Source: Octopus sinensis (lineage: Eukaryota). From it: a stretch of 64,000 bases of DNA. The position numbers were made by a program, and so were the translations under genes. The notes beneath the pieces are model-generated. The model was not told where the DNA came from. It saw nothing but the letters and a program-made list of their open reading frames with translations, and did not search any database. The stretch lies in contig NC_043010.1 in assembly GCF_006345805.1 (NCBI RefSeq), positions 35,402,001-35,466,000 of the forward strand, in the 5' to 3' direction. This document shows, piece after piece, positions 37,746 to 52,415 of this stretch (positions are counted from its first letter, which is position 1; each line of letters begins with the position of its first letter).

Positions 37746-40700
37746 CTGAAGATAGAGAAGAAAAAAATACGAAAATTATATTTTAGGTGGAATTCATAAC
37801 AAGTCCTCAATAAAACAAGTGTTAATGACATTGTTTTGAAAGTGTTTAGAAGACACTTAAAATCAGATTTAAAAATATATATACAAAACTGAGTGTAAAT
37901 GTCACAATGTGTGTGTTGTGTGTGTGTGAGAGAGAGATACTAATCATTTGACATTAGTAGTAAATTTACATTAGCTTCAGAATAAAGTGTTGGTTGAGTA
38001 CAAAGTGTAATGTGACAAAGGAACAGGAAATTATGCAATGAATTTCATCAGTTTACAACTATTCTCTGCTACAGGATGCAGTGCACTCACAAATGAGTTC
38101 TTTGGGAAAGCATTTACTAGCATTTCATTTTAGAAGCTCTGAGGAAGCTAGAAGGTAGTGCACATGTATTCAGAGATGCATCTTATAGCAGAAACAGCTT
38201 TAGGCTAATGAAGTTCATTGCCTAAATTCTTGTTGTTTTGTCATTTAATTTCATATACAATTAGCTGAAAATGACAAAGACCTGAGAGTGACGTTTACCA
38301 CTTATCAAACCAGAGCTCCCTTATTGCATGCCACTTACCAAACTGTGGCTTCCTCAATGTCTCATGGCAGTACTATAACCTTTAATAAGCATCATGCACA
38401 AAACTCACAACTCCTTCCTAACTTTCTGCCAAGTAAAAAGATTAACACACATACTCAGTATACTAAGTTCTGTTTCTGCAGTTCTACCACTCAATATAAG
38501 AACATTCTTAAATCAAAAATGGAGACCAGAAATCCAGAGTTATATTTTACAGATTCAATGCTTTAGTGAAGAAAATCTGTTAGTTAACATGCAGTTATAT
38601 CATGTCACTAGCTATTCGGCCTACAAGAAATAGTAACCAATGTTAATTTCCTTTTCTTTAAGATGGTAGGACATGATTTTGAAGGAGATTTGGCTGTTAT
38701 TGCTAATAGGCCTAGTGACTGCATAGAGACTCCATCCCAATGATAACACTTTAAAACACTGTCTTGTTATCTTAAAAATACTTAGTTGAACAGATTTTTT
38801 TTGTTAGTGTACAAAGTTTATAAATGCATGGCAAAAAGTCAATCAAATTTAGCAGAGAATTTAATTCAAATTTCTCCAGAATGCAACCCAAAATCCCAAT
38901 CACATGATCACCATTTTAAATTTTGTAGAGGGAAATTTTACTGCTTCATTGATCTTGCATATCATAGTTCAGAATTTAAAGTTAATAAGTTTACTAGAGA
39001 CTTAGTCACTATATGCAGCAAGTCAAGCAACTACATAACAACTGAAAAGAAACTAATGTTACACTTGGACAAGTCCACCTTGCATGCTTCTCCTTTGCTA
39101 TAGTCATTCATACCAGCAAGCTAACAAGGGAGATTATGTGGTTACTTGACATGCTAGAAATAACGGCCAAATTTCTTCCAATCAAACCAACCATTTCAAA
39201 AAAAGTAGTCACTAACCAATATAGTCCTAGATATACAAAAAAGATTGGCTGATCATAGCTGGAACACCTTTGGTCATAGGTCTGCTCAACCAGGGCTGAC
39301 TTGGGGTTAAACATTAATAGCAGTTATTCAAGACTGGACAACTGAAGGAATGCAATACACTGACTCATAAACTGCATTCTACACAACAAAATGATTGCAT
39401 GTTGTATATAATATGGATGCCCTCAACCAGATACAAGTACCATAGGCTATTCCTAGTTATTTGAACAAGTACCTAGGTACTGTAAACCTGCTTGAGCAAG
39501 GCTAACCTGCATTTCATAGCAACAACTAGAGAAACTCCTTTACTGATTCATGTGATCTTCCATTTAATCCCTTTTGATACCAAACTACCTGAGACTGTCT
39601 TTGGTTCTATGATGCAATCTTCTTATTTTAAAGCAATTTCAGTTAAAACCTCCCATCAAAATTTCATGTTGATTTTATGTTCCAAACACCAGCTCAATAA
39701 CGACTAAGTTATTTTACTAAATACTCCATTATTTTCAAAATCAATTGAAACAAATGCAGTGCATTTCAACAAAAATATAGTAACAAGAGGGTTACATATA
39801 CTAAAGAGTTTGATGGTGGAGAAGATTTGGTGGTAACATTGAGCAGGTTGATTTCACAGAAGCTCTCTTGCTGGCTTATGTAAGATCACCTATTTTAAAG
39901 CCAGTATTGTGTTTGTTAGGGAAAAATTTGGCTGAGACACTGAGCAAGTCAAACTACAACATAGCTCCCTTGTCTGGTTTTTCTTTTATTCTTTTACTTA
40001 TTTAGACTGTGGCCATGCTGGGGCACCACCTTGAAGAATTTTAATTGAACAAATTAATGCCAGTACTAATTTCGTTAAGCCTGGTAGTTATTCTATTAGT
40101 CACTAGGCTTAACAAAATAATTTTATTAACCCTTTTGATACCCACCCACTTGAAGTTGTCTTCAATCTTATAATACAAAATTGTCTGTATTAAGATCATT
40201 TCCATTTAAAATAAAATCTCCCATTGTTATATAAAGTTATGTTCCAAACACCACTTTAATAATGAAAATATTTTATACCAAAGCCTTTCAAATTCTTGAT
40301 TATATTCAGAATTAATTGAAACAAATAAGCACAGTAATTTAGTAAAAAATAAAGTCATGAAAAAACTTCAAAGAATTTCTGAAGTGGTATTTTGTTGGCA
40401 TTAGAAAGGGCATCTAGCCATAGAAACCAAGCCAAAACAGACTGGAGCCTGGTGCAACTCTCCAACTAGCCTGTTCCAGTGAAACTGTCTGACCCATGCC
40501 AGCATGGAAAATGGATGCCAAATGATGATGCATTTTAATAAATATTTTGTATCTGTTTAATTAAATAAATACAATCTTTTAGACAAATTTTATCATTTAC
40601 CTTCATTCGAAAATAAATAAATATCACTGAAAATAAGATAATCAAGCAAATAGGATAAGCAGAGAAAGATTGATTTTTTTTTTTTTTGTTTTTTTGTTAG

Positions 40701-40949
40701 AAAGCAAGCTGAAACAATTAGAATATATTAAAGGCAGAAAATAAGAGTCATGCTTGAATTTGTTGCTCAATAATCAATTTTTCTTTCTGATACTAATACA
40801 TAGTTCATCCACAGCAGAGGAATAAAAAACAAAAAATGATGCTAAAGCCAATCTCTGTAAAATTTTGAACTCTTACAGAAAAGTATGATATTAAATGCTG
40901 TAATCTATTTAATCTAATATTCTACTGGTTCAGTCATGTACACCTTTAA

Positions 40950-41166
40950 CCCTTTTGATACCAATCAGCTGAAACTGCCCATGGCTCTGTAGTACAAACG
41001 TCTTGTTTTCATAAGTTTTGAATAAAAATCTTCCACCAAACCTTAGTTGCAATTTATGTTCCTAACACCAGCTTAATGATAACTATGTTATTTTACTAAA
41101 TTCTTTGTTATATTTTAAATTAATTGAAACACAGAGCATCTCAAAATAAATATGGTAACAAAAGGG
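40950..41166. mobile_element. piggyBac-type MITE, complete
   Basis: TTAA TSD on both sides; TIR cccttttgatacca / tggtaacaaaaggg. Older copies at ~39568-39794 and ~40128-40350. Confidence 0.85.
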
Positions 41167-41169
41167 TTA

Positions 41170-42780
41170 AGTAACATTAACAATTATGAATTATGTTAAT
41201 TTCTCACATTTGATACAAGGCAATAAATTTCTAGAGAAAGACATAGCTAACTGAATCAAATTTAATACATACATGTCAACTGCAGAAGATGAACAAGAGA
41301 CAAAAATGTTAAAAAGGGTGCATTGCATTTAGTCTGATAGTCTACTGCTTCTGCCATCTACAGTCAAATAGGAATAATATAATAATAATCCTTTCTACTG
41401 GATGTGAAAAGCCTGAAATTTTTTTGTGGGAAGAGGGCTAGTCAGTTACATCAACACCCGGGCTCAACTGGTATTTCATGGAGCCCAAAAGGATAATAGG
41501 CAATGTCAACTACGGCTGAACTTGAACTCAGAATGTAAAGATGGATGAAATGCCCCTAAGCGTTTTGTCTAGCATGCTAACAATTCTGCCAAATTCACTG
41601 CCTTAATAATAATAACAGTAATAATTTTTCTGATTTAGGCACATAACCAATAAATGAGCAGAGGGAATTAGCTAATGCAATTGAGCAGAGAGCTTGACTA
41701 GTACTTTATATTGTTGATCTGAAAAGATGAAAGCCAAAGTTGACTTTGGCAGGATTTGAACTCAGAATGTTAAGTGTTGGACCAAATGCATCAAAGCAGT
41801 TATTTCTAAGCTCTAACACTTCTGCCAGCTCCCTGACATTATAATAATAATAATTTCAAAGTAGGTCCCAGTCCAGCAATTTTGAGAGAGGGTTTAGTCG
41901 AGTAAACTGACCCCAGTACTTAACTGGTGCCTTTATTTTATCAGCCTGAAAGGATGAAAGGCAAAGCTGACCTCAGTGAGATATGAACTCAGAATGTAAA
42001 GAACCAGAACAAATACCACAAAACATTTTTTTCTGACATCATAATGAATCTTTAATAATTTTTTCTATTATAGGTACAAAACCAGGGAAGAGAATTAGTC
42101 AAAATTCATCAACCCTACTAATTAGAAAAAGGACTTTATATTTCAACAGGTTAAGCATGAAAGATTCAACCTTGGTGGGAGTTGAACTTGAAATGTAAAG
42201 AACAGGAACAAATGCCACAAGGCATTTATCCAATAATTTACTGATCTAAGCAAAAATAAAATGATTAGGATATTTTTTTAACAAGACAAAGAAAATATAA
42301 GGAGCTTACAGTTGGTGGAATTTTAAATAGTATATTATTTGGTGGTTATACTCTAACCTTTATACTAAAATGGATGCAGCAGAAAATAAGAAAATAGGAT
42401 AAAAATGGAGTATCATCTTGAAAAGAAAGTTGAAACTTTGAGAATATATTTAACATAAAAGCCTAAATTTTTCATGAGCAACACAAATTAAGAGAAATGC
42501 TTTGAATTTAAATTTCACTGGTAAACATTACCCTTCATTCCTAAGAGATGACGGTTAAAAATTAATTTAGGCAGAATTTGAACTCAGAACAAATCAGAAT
42601 GGAACTGAATATCACAACATATTTAATCAGGCATTTTGTAGTGTGATTGACTCTATACCACCAATAATAGCTGGTGCTTATTTCATTGAGCTCAGAAGGA
42701 TAAAACGTTGATCCTGATGGCTTTGATTTCAGAATGTAAAGAGACATATCAAAATGTCAGCTGTGCCAAAACAATCATCC
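41170..42780 (-). mobile_element. Head-to-tail chain of family B SINEs separated by (AAT)n
   Basis: At least six co-oriented ttgaactcagaa-type cores, several preceded by aataataat. Confidence 0.75.
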
Positions 42781-45700
42781 TATACTGGCTAATAATGATG
42801 ATGATGATGATATATTCAAATAAAGCCTCAAATATGTTGACAATAGGCATGATCAATTAAACTGAATTTCAGCAGAAGAGCAGAATTCTTAGTCTTATGA
42901 AACTAAAGTAAGTATATCTATATATGTAACCAAAACAACTGCTAGCCTTTCTCATCACCTGTCACATACTACCTAAGTAATTCATACCTCACACTGCCTC
43001 TGACACTAATTACCACCTTTCTAAAAGAATGAAATAGAAAGTTTAAAAGAATGGAAGGGAAAGAGTTGTTTCGAACAAATGTTTATATCATCTAGTCTGC
43101 CTTGATATTAAAAATATTCCCTCCTCCATGTAAGATGCTGTCAATGTATATCAGCTGGTCTTGTTGTTTAATAAAGGAGCTACCACTTGGGTCACTCAAC
43201 TTGCTGGAAACAGTAGCCAATTATCCCTCAAATTTACAACCTACCATCTTAAATGAAGGATATTATTATTAAACAATGCAGTTCCTGATATTAAAAAAAA
43301 TCCTGCAATTCTAACAGTTGAGCATACAGCACCCTACAATAGTAACAAAGAAGATAAGTATTACTGCAATGATGACTGGACAGTTATTTATTACCAGTTA
43401 TTGCAAGAAGAGTTCATCAATTGGGGAGAGGGAAAATGATAGAAGTGTTAAAATTTTCATAAACATCTTACCAACAGCCCTTGTCCAGTATGACCCGAGT
43501 TCTATACTATACCTTGTTAGTAGAAAGAGTTACAAATTCCCAAAAAGCCTCATATGAGAATAAAGAAATTTTAAAAAGACATTTATTGTTACTACAATTT
43601 AGCCCCTGGCCACATGGTAAGGCTTGGTCCAGCAGACCTATGATTAAAGGCACTCAAGTCATGACTTTTATTCAGACATGCTGTATCTAAAACTACATTA
43701 TCCAACATGGTCTTCCTTTATCCAAATAACAGGCTGTTGTTTGAGGAAGATTTGACTGCTGTTTCTGGCAGGACAAGTAGCTGCATAAACACTCCTTTGT
43801 TGGCTCTTAAAAATTACTCTGAGTTATGTGTATGTATGTGTGGAGAGATCAGAGATTTATTCTTCATGTTTCAGTATTCCCTGCAAAGTGTAACATGGCT
43901 ATTTTCCAAAAATCAATACAATTAACCACCTGGTGATAGAAGCATTTTATCAAAGCACATAGAAACCTAAAGCAATTTGGTTATCACATTTTATTTTTTA
44001 TTCTTTGATTTTTCTATTTTCCATTTTATTGTTTTCTTCTTTAGTTCCAGATCAGTTCCAAAAGAGAAGATAGGTTTGTTTTTTTTTTAAGAAAGCGAAT
44101 CCAACTATGACCAACCCCTCATTTTCTTTAAGATATGACACAATATGTCCTTTTCTGTTTGAAAATATGATTTGCAGAATGAAGATTTGGTTGTTATGTC
44201 TAGTAGAGGTTCCATCTCAATTTTGCTTTCATATGTGAGATCCATTATTAGTTGTTTTTTGGCCCTTTTATTTATTTGAAAAAGGAAGAAAGTATTATCT
44301 TATCAGTCAAGAAAACCAAACCATTGTGACAAGTCCCCTTCCCATGGATGCAACCTGTTGTTGAACTAATGACCAAGTTGTCAATAGACCAGCAGAAAAA
44401 AAAAAAAAATCAAGTCTATTGAATACGAACAAACTGTAAATGACGTCACTTTAAAATCATTAAATTTAATAATCCATTTCATATCATTTCTTCAAAAATA
44501 TCAACCGACTTTTTAATCATTGTATTTTCTGACATACAAATCAAATTTTCCAGACCAAATTAGACAGGTCAACTTATAAGATGACTTTAGAAGACCAAAA
44601 ATACTATGTGAAATGCAGCAGGATTTGGAAAGATAGTTATGACAATGTTTACACTATATACACCAAATTATATGCCAGAAAATACAGAAATGAATTTCAA
44701 GTATTCATTACTATTTTGTGGAAAAACAAAATGGAATTGTAACCATAGAGACGATGATCATCTCTACAACAGTTTATAATAAACCAGTACACTTTAGACA
44801 GGCCATTTTTAATTTGTTAACACTATAACTAAACCCTATCCCCAAGTATCCTACAGATGGATACTAACAGTTTCCTAAAGACAGCCAAAAATAAATGTGT
44901 CAAAAAGCTGTAGTGTCAGTGCAAATTAGTTGAAACAGGCTTTGGGGCAAACCAAAAAATACCATATAAGAGGTAAGCAGAGAACCTGTACATTTATATA
45001 AGAATCTGTGGTACAAGATTCTGTTTAGTTTGCATTAGCGACAATAATTGTAGAAAAACAGGAATGGTTTATTAATAATGTTAGACAAACAGGTCAAAGA
45101 TTGTCAGTTTATATTCTAGCAATGGCACTGAGTGTGTCCATGATCATGACATTTAGCTTTCAAGTAAAATTTACCTTGCTGAAACAGCAAAATAGGCACA
45201 ACTTGCCACCATAATCAGTAGGTTCAAAGTAAACTTGGCAGCTAACTGTACATGACGAGATCAACTTCCCATGTAGGTAGAGCTTGAAGAAGAGCAAGTC
45301 TTCCCATGCTGATTGACTCTATAAGCACTATAGGAAAACAAGGTATGCAATTGTGCCCACAAAAATCCATAAATCCTGTGTTTAATTTTAGTTTCTTCAG
45401 AATTATGTGAATAATGATAAACCTCCAGCTGGGCTGGCTCCCTAACACTACTGAAATCCTAAGTTGAAGATCAACCATTGCAAGGGGCATAACCAGATAA
45501 CAAAAGATTTTGATCCATGCACTACTAATTTTGCCAACCACCATATAATGGCATTTTTTTTTTCCAATCCACTATTGTCATGTATGATAGTACGTCAAAA
45601 CTAATTACAGATTTCAATGACATTAAGTAACTGAGACATTTTACTTTTACATAAAAAGGAATGTTAATTTATTGTAAGCTTTTGTTTCAAATCAAATCTG

Positions 45701-47379
45701 AGACTAAAACTGCAAGCTAATGAAAAGAAGAAAATATAATCCCTACAGCTTTCAGAAGTGAACTGTAGCTCTCCACTAGTTAATGACAATATAGAGCTTA
45801 AGTGGAGCGCATGAAGTTAGTAACCTGATTTAAAACAGCAATAACTGTTTTGTTACTATACTGATTTTGAAATAGACTACTTTTGTTTTAATTAATTAGT
45901 TTTGGAAATAATAAATTCATTAGAATAACTTTAATTACTAGGTGATTGGAATATAGATTAACGTGAATATAAAGTAAATTTGGAATATATATTTACAGGT
46001 TTTAATTTAAATCCATTTAAAAAGAATTTGTATCACAGAAAGAAAGGATTAAATTCAGTTCTCCACAGAAAAAAAAAAATCCCAAAGTACATGCAAATGT
46101 CAAAATTTTGAAAAATAGCCAAAGAATATCTTCTCTTGACAGTATATCCAGTTTTTCAAGATTTTTATCAACTTACCCATTGTCTTTGGAATTAGACTTG
46201 GAGAACATTCTTACAAGAGTACAAAGTCACGAATTTGCTGAAGGAGCTATACTTAAATATGATAGTTACAGTCAGTATGTGATGGTACTTATTCTATAAA
46301 TTCCCAGAGAGATGTAAGTCAAAGTCAACCTGGAAAGATTTAAACTGATAATGTGCAAGGATGACATTAGATTCCGAGAAATTATTCAGTCCATCACTAC
46401 CAATGCTGTAATTTTTTCTATATACATTCAGATCAACATATTAAAACAACTACATTTCTAAGTTTGAAGTAATTTCATTCTATGCATCTTCAATTTTGTT
46501 ATTTAATCACTTTTAACTGTTAAAACAATGATGAAAATGATTACTTTAGACTGTGATCAAAGTAAGTTTTTGCAATAGAAGTATGTAAAAGATTTTAAGC
46601 AATCCATACATATTACTGGTATATGATGCTACAAAGAGCATCCAACCAAAGAAACCATGCCAAAGCAAGCATTGGAGCTCAACACAATGCTTTGACTTGC
46701 TGGATCCTACCAAACCATCCAACCCATGCCAGATGTTAAAATGAAATTAATGATGGCAAGACTGGAATTACTATGGAAGTTATTTTGTCCAGTATGCAAC
46801 AATCTGTGAACATATTACCTTAACCAGTAATATAATAATAATTGTTCCTAAAAGGCACTAAGCAAGAAATTTTGAGTACTTGACATGTACTTCATGTTAC
46901 TGACCTCAGCCCAATACTTGATTGGTACCGTAGTTTATCAACCCTGGAGGAATAAAAGCAAAGTTGAATGTGGCAGGATTTGAGCTCAAGACAGACAGTA
47001 ATATAATTCTAATTTTGAAAGAAGGCCAATAGTTTTAGGGGAATGGAGGTTAAACAATTACATCAACCCCAGTACTTGACTGGTACTTTGTTTCTAAACA
47101 GACGAAAAGCAAAGTTGACCGTAGCACAATCTGAACTCAAAATGTAAAAGAGCTGGAAGAAATGCTACTAACCATTTTGTCTCATGCACTAACAATTCTG
47201 CAATAAATAATAACAAGTACAGTTTCTTGCAAAGACCCAAGGTCTGTATTGAAGGGAAACTGTCAACTCAGCCCTGTTACTTGTATTTAATTATAACAGG
47301 AAAAATAGTATCCTCAACTTAATAAAACTTTAAAATGGCACTACAGCGATCAGTTTGTCTCGTACTTATTTGTAATATA

Positions 47380-47611
47380 CAGTGTTAGCCAAAAGTCACC
47401 CGACAGTAAATCAAAATTCCATAAATATTATCTGTAATTCTGCATCGACTCAAACGGAAAAAAATGTATTGCTCAAGGACTTCAGTTTGAACAATTTTCA
47501 TGATGTTTCATATTTAGATGCTTTTATTAAATTCATTCAGTTGTTAAACATAAATAAATCTTGGAATTAAATGGTTTTGATTTACTGTGAGGTGACTTTT
47601 GGCCAACCCTG
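47380..47611. mobile_element. Tc1/mariner-type MITE
   Basis: TA|cagtgttagccaaaagtcacccgacagtaaatcaaaa ... ttttgatttactgtgaggtgacttttggccaaccctg|TA; ~40-bp TIRs. Confidence 0.85.
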
Positions 47612-48697
47612 TATGACTTCATATAGGTAATACAATATTGAAAATTTATGGCATATATGCTCTGGGTGTTACCAGTACAATTTGGAATATGTGGAAGAAA
47701 ACTGAAGTCAATTCATAGATATGGATCACACAGAGCTTATATATTGTATTATATATATAAACACTTGGAGGTTTTTTTTTTGGGGGGGGGGGCTTACAGT
47801 ATGATGTCCAGTTAATGATAAAAGTGTGTACAATGAATTTAGTATTGAACAGAAACTACATGCCAGCTATCACAAAATTTCAGATCTAATGGCAAGACTG
47901 ATTAACTTTAGTAGCCTTAATTTTAAGAATATTTTCACTGTCTGGTATATTAAGATGTTTTAACAATCAAAGAAAACTCTTACATAAAAGTGGGATGGAA
48001 AGTTTTGATTTATATATAGACACTTTAAAGCAAGCAGTTGTGTCAAACAACTAGAGGTGGTCTCAGGCAGGTTAAAAACAATTTCATAACTTTATCATAT
48101 ATTTTAATTGTATGAATTAGAAGAATGATTTTCATAAAATAACCAAAACTGGTGGTTGAGGGAGGAAGAAACAACTTATGGGTTGCTGCAGTAGGAAGCA
48201 TTGCACCACAGACATCAGGTTATCTTCAGACAAGAGACTTGGACTGAATACTTTCAACAAAGTTTTGCTTAAGGCTCCCAAGGCTTAAGAAAATATGTTG
48301 TGGGTTGTGAGATAAATCAGACAACCATGCAATGCTACATAATACCAAAACAACCTCATCAACTGTGGCATGAAATTAATATTACCCAGAATAATGGGTT
48401 ATATACTATTAAAAATTAACAGGCTTTTTTTAATGTTAAGCAAAACAAAAAAAAAAACACCTGTCTTCTTCAAAATACTATCACCCATAACACCCGTTTA
48501 AGCAATCCCGACTACCCTAGGCCAAGAGGGCCAGTTTCACTTTGGAAACCACTTTTATAGCACTGTTCTCAGAGACCACATGCCTAATTTATTACAGTTC
48601 AAATTTTACCTCAATGAATAAGTAAAATAAAAATTCATATTTTGATGATATAAAAAAAAAAAAACACTAACACTTTCGCCAAAAGAGAAACATTTCA

Positions 48698-48703
48698 TTT
48701 ATT
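48698..48703 (-). terminator. Candidate poly(A) signal of the proximal TMED terminal exon (3' UTR ~3.5 kb)
   Basis: AATAAA on the minus strand at the end of a long U-rich tract (48.7-49.3 kb), followed by GT/T-rich sequence (plus strand aaaaaaaacac). Confidence 0.4.
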
Positions 48704-51700
48704 GATTTCTGGACAAAAACAATCAAAATATTTTTTAAATCTTGAAATATTACAAAAAAAAAAAAAAAAAAAAAAAAAATTCTTAGGTTATAAAAAAAAT
48801 GTTTACAAAATTTACAATGAATTCAAAGAAAATCTTAATATATCAACAATTCACTAGTCTGCTTATTTTGAAAAAAAAAAATTTACAAATTATTTCCAAT
48901 TAAAATAATCAAACCAGATGGTAATTTCAGTACTTTTTTTTTTTTTTTTTTAAATGTTCTATATAAAATATCAAATTGATAAAAGCATTTTTTTATAAAC
49001 CAAAAGAGAATCATGTTAGAAAAAAATTTAAACTAAAGCCATATCAAATACAAAATGAAAAATATTGATATGAAGTAAAATAAAAAAATATTCAATCTTT
49101 AAAGTTTCATTGTTGAATTTTGATTTGAGTTTGAATTACTCTAGCTCCAACTTACCATAATACTTGGATGTTTTCATAAATGAAAATGTGGAACATACAA
49201 AGGTTATGGACATTGACATTCTCAGACTAACTCCAAAATGTTTTCAGTTTCAAATATAAAATATGCAAAAAAAAAAAAAAATGAACTGAAACTCATCTTT
49301 TAATAAAAGTTTACCCCAGAGTAATTCAACTAAGGTTGGCAGAGTCAGTCTGAAAACGGAACTCACAAACTCTTTCACTGCTTTGTAACTCAGAGATCAT
49401 AACACCCTAATTTAGTGGTAGATTTGTTCATTAAAAATAATTAAAAATTATGAATCAAAGACACACACACACATACAAAGTAATTGTTCAGTAAACTATC
49501 TCAACCTCAGTTTACATCTAGTGCTTACAGATTGAGTGTATGGAGAATTAAATTCAATGTAGACAGATAAAACTATATAATGAAAGGCATAGCTTGGCTC
49601 TACCAATTTACAATAATTATGACAATTACAAAACTTATGAGAATGAAGATGATAAAGATTTCTTAATCACAAAGCTAATTTTTGTTACAGAGTTATTGAT
49701 TATAAATGCATGAACCCCACTGTAACATTGGTGTAATTTTATTGATCATCGTGGAAATAAAAGGGAAAAACAAACAAGACAAAACTTGGATTTAGTAACA
49801 AGAAAAATAACACTTAGAAATACTACACATATAATACTGTATATACTACCCAATAATTTCATATAAATAAAAACAAGACCAACTTTCACAACGGTGAAGG
49901 GATGTAGACAGTTGAATCAACTTTATTACTACTACAACTCTATTAAACTGAAAGAAAGAGAGAGAGAGAGATGAAAAATGAAGTAAACTACAGAGAAATT
50001 TAAATTCTGAAAGTACAGAAATGAAACCAAATACACGAAGACAATGAATGTTGATTCGCCACTCTCACCTAATAATCATAAAACGCTGGAACATTTCAAA
50101 CTATTATATTTCACTACTTCTCTCCAAACTATTATATTACATGACTGAATAAATGCAGTCAGTTTTAATACTGAAATAATAAAAATGATTTGTAACACAG
50201 GCATAAGGCCACAAATATTTGGAAAGTATTGTCAATCCAACTGACTCAAATATCTATTTTATCAAGTCCAAAAAGTTGAAAAGCTGAATCAACCTCAGCA
50301 GGGTTTGAACTCAGAATGTAAAGTGATATAATTATACACTGTAAAGCATTCTATCCAGTGTTTTACTAATTCTGACACTCAACCATCAGCACACAGCCAT
50401 TTATATACAGTGAGAGGAATATTTGATTTAAATTACCCCAGAACTTGATTCATATTATGAAATATTCATTGATTCTGAAAGTATGAAACACACAGTCAAC
50501 TCTAATGGGATTTGAACTCTTTATATATGAGAACATGATGGGTTTTATACTGGTACAAGGATAAACTTATAGAGGAGGAGCATAGTTGACTCAATTGAAT
50601 CAACTATAAAATACTGTTTCTTATATTATTGACTTTAACAAAATAAACAATAAAATTGCTTTGACAAAATCTGAATTCAAAGAGTAAAAGGAGGTAGCTA
50701 AATACAGTGAGGCATTTTGCCCGAAACTCTACCTTTTCTTTTCACTCTTTCCAATTGTTGGTCTTTTGTGATAAAAATAATTTCTGATGTAGTCAGAAGG
50801 CCAGAAATTTTTTTTATGGACTCCAGAAGGATGAAAGGCAAAGTTGACTTTAGCAGGATTTCAAATCAGAGTGTAAAAGACCATAACTAACTGCTGCAAG
50901 GTATTTTGTTTGATGTTCTGAAGAATTCTGCCAATTCACCAAATGATAATAAAAAATACTGGTTTTCATGCAACATACCCAAAGACATAAAATACAGACA
51001 AACATACAACCAAATTCAATTATTTTCACTGGTTCAAATTTCAAAATGATAAAACTATCATAGCCATCTTAATTTGAATTATGAGTGAAAAATTTTTTAA
51101 AATCAACTGAAAAAAAAATACTTAAAAACTGAAATCAAAATTTCAACTCAAATCAAAATTCACTTTTTTAATCAATTTAGTTTTTATGTTAAAATGAATT
51201 TCAATTTTAACATTTAAAAATATTTTTAATTCTATTTATTCTTCCCTTTGATTGGCTCATTTATTTAAACATTTTAGTATCATCCATTTGAAATTTTAAA
51301 CTGAAAACAAACAAAAAAACTTTTTAAGACCCTAGGTCTTGTTGAAAATCATCTTTTCTTTTTCTTATTCTACATAACCAATAATAAACAAATGCCAGTA
51401 GAGGTAAAAAGATAAAGATAAGGAATTGGATGGCTGGATAGATTATCATTCAGTTTCACACTCACTTTAGATGAGCAGGCAACTTCTACAGTTCATTTTG
51501 CTATGAGGTAGGGGAAAAGCTGGGTAAGTTCATGGCTCTTCAAGGAAATGTATAAAATTGATAGGAGGATGAGCAGGAAGGGATTATATTCCTATTTCAT
51601 GTACTTCACAGAAATAGCAAAAAAAAAAATAATAATACTGAACCTTTGAATACTGTCTTCATTAAAAGATTAACTTAAAGGAGTTTATTATCAAGTAGGG

Positions 51701-52190
51701 CATAGTAAGACAAAGGGAAAGATGGTGTTGCTGTATGGATAAAGGTTGTTCGTTTTCATGGGAGAGGTTATCAATTAGAATTCTAGACAATTTTAAATTG
51801 CAGCAGTAATTGTAGTTTGCAAATATAAGCAAAAGAAATTATTTGCAGCTACTGGTATAATCTATAAGCCAGTGTCTTTCTGTTTATCTGACAATGAAAT
51901 ATATGGTTGGCTTCATCTATAATTAAAGTTTAAATCTTCTCACAAAAGAAAAAAAAAAAAATCAATTGCAATGTCTGTTTTCTGATTGGATAAAATGTCC
52001 AAATTTCTGGTTTTCATTAATTTTTTTTTTTTAATAATAGACCCCATCCCTACTTTATTATATTTGTTGTTTATATATATATTTGATGGGTTTTTTTCTC
52101 TTCTTTCCAGTTAAAAAAGGTAAGGTTGTGAAATAAACATGATCCGCATCTCATAACCTCTTTGTAGTTTTTCTTGCTTTCTGCCCTGCC

Positions 52191-52415
52191 TTACGTCTTG
52201 ACCTCTCTTTTATCAGTGAAGAAACTCTTCATGATGAGCACCTGCCCAACTGTGATGATTAAGATGACTAAAGACTGACCCACGGACCAGTACAGCACAC
52301 GCTCATTGAGGTCTTCAGCAAATGATCTAGTCTGGCTCTCTCTAAGTCGGAAATGAGTTTGATAGTCCACTATCTGATTTAAATGTTCATGGTTAACCAC
52401 AGCTGAGCTCTCCAT
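52191..52415 (-). CDS. TMED7: p24-gamma (TMED7/TMED3-like) terminal exon, proximal copy (coiled coil, TM, cytosolic tail)
   Basis: Minus-strand acceptor tgttctcttgtag|[30 protein letters not shown]...RVLYWS...GQV...[11 protein letters not shown] matches the [10 protein letters not shown] / WS / FF hallmarks of TMED3/7. The ATG is an internal Met, not a start codon. Confidence 0.92.
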   Translation of the reverse strand: MESSAVVNHEHLNQIVDYQTHFRLRESQTRSFAEDLNERVLYWSVGQSLVILIITVGQVLIMKSFFTDKREVKT

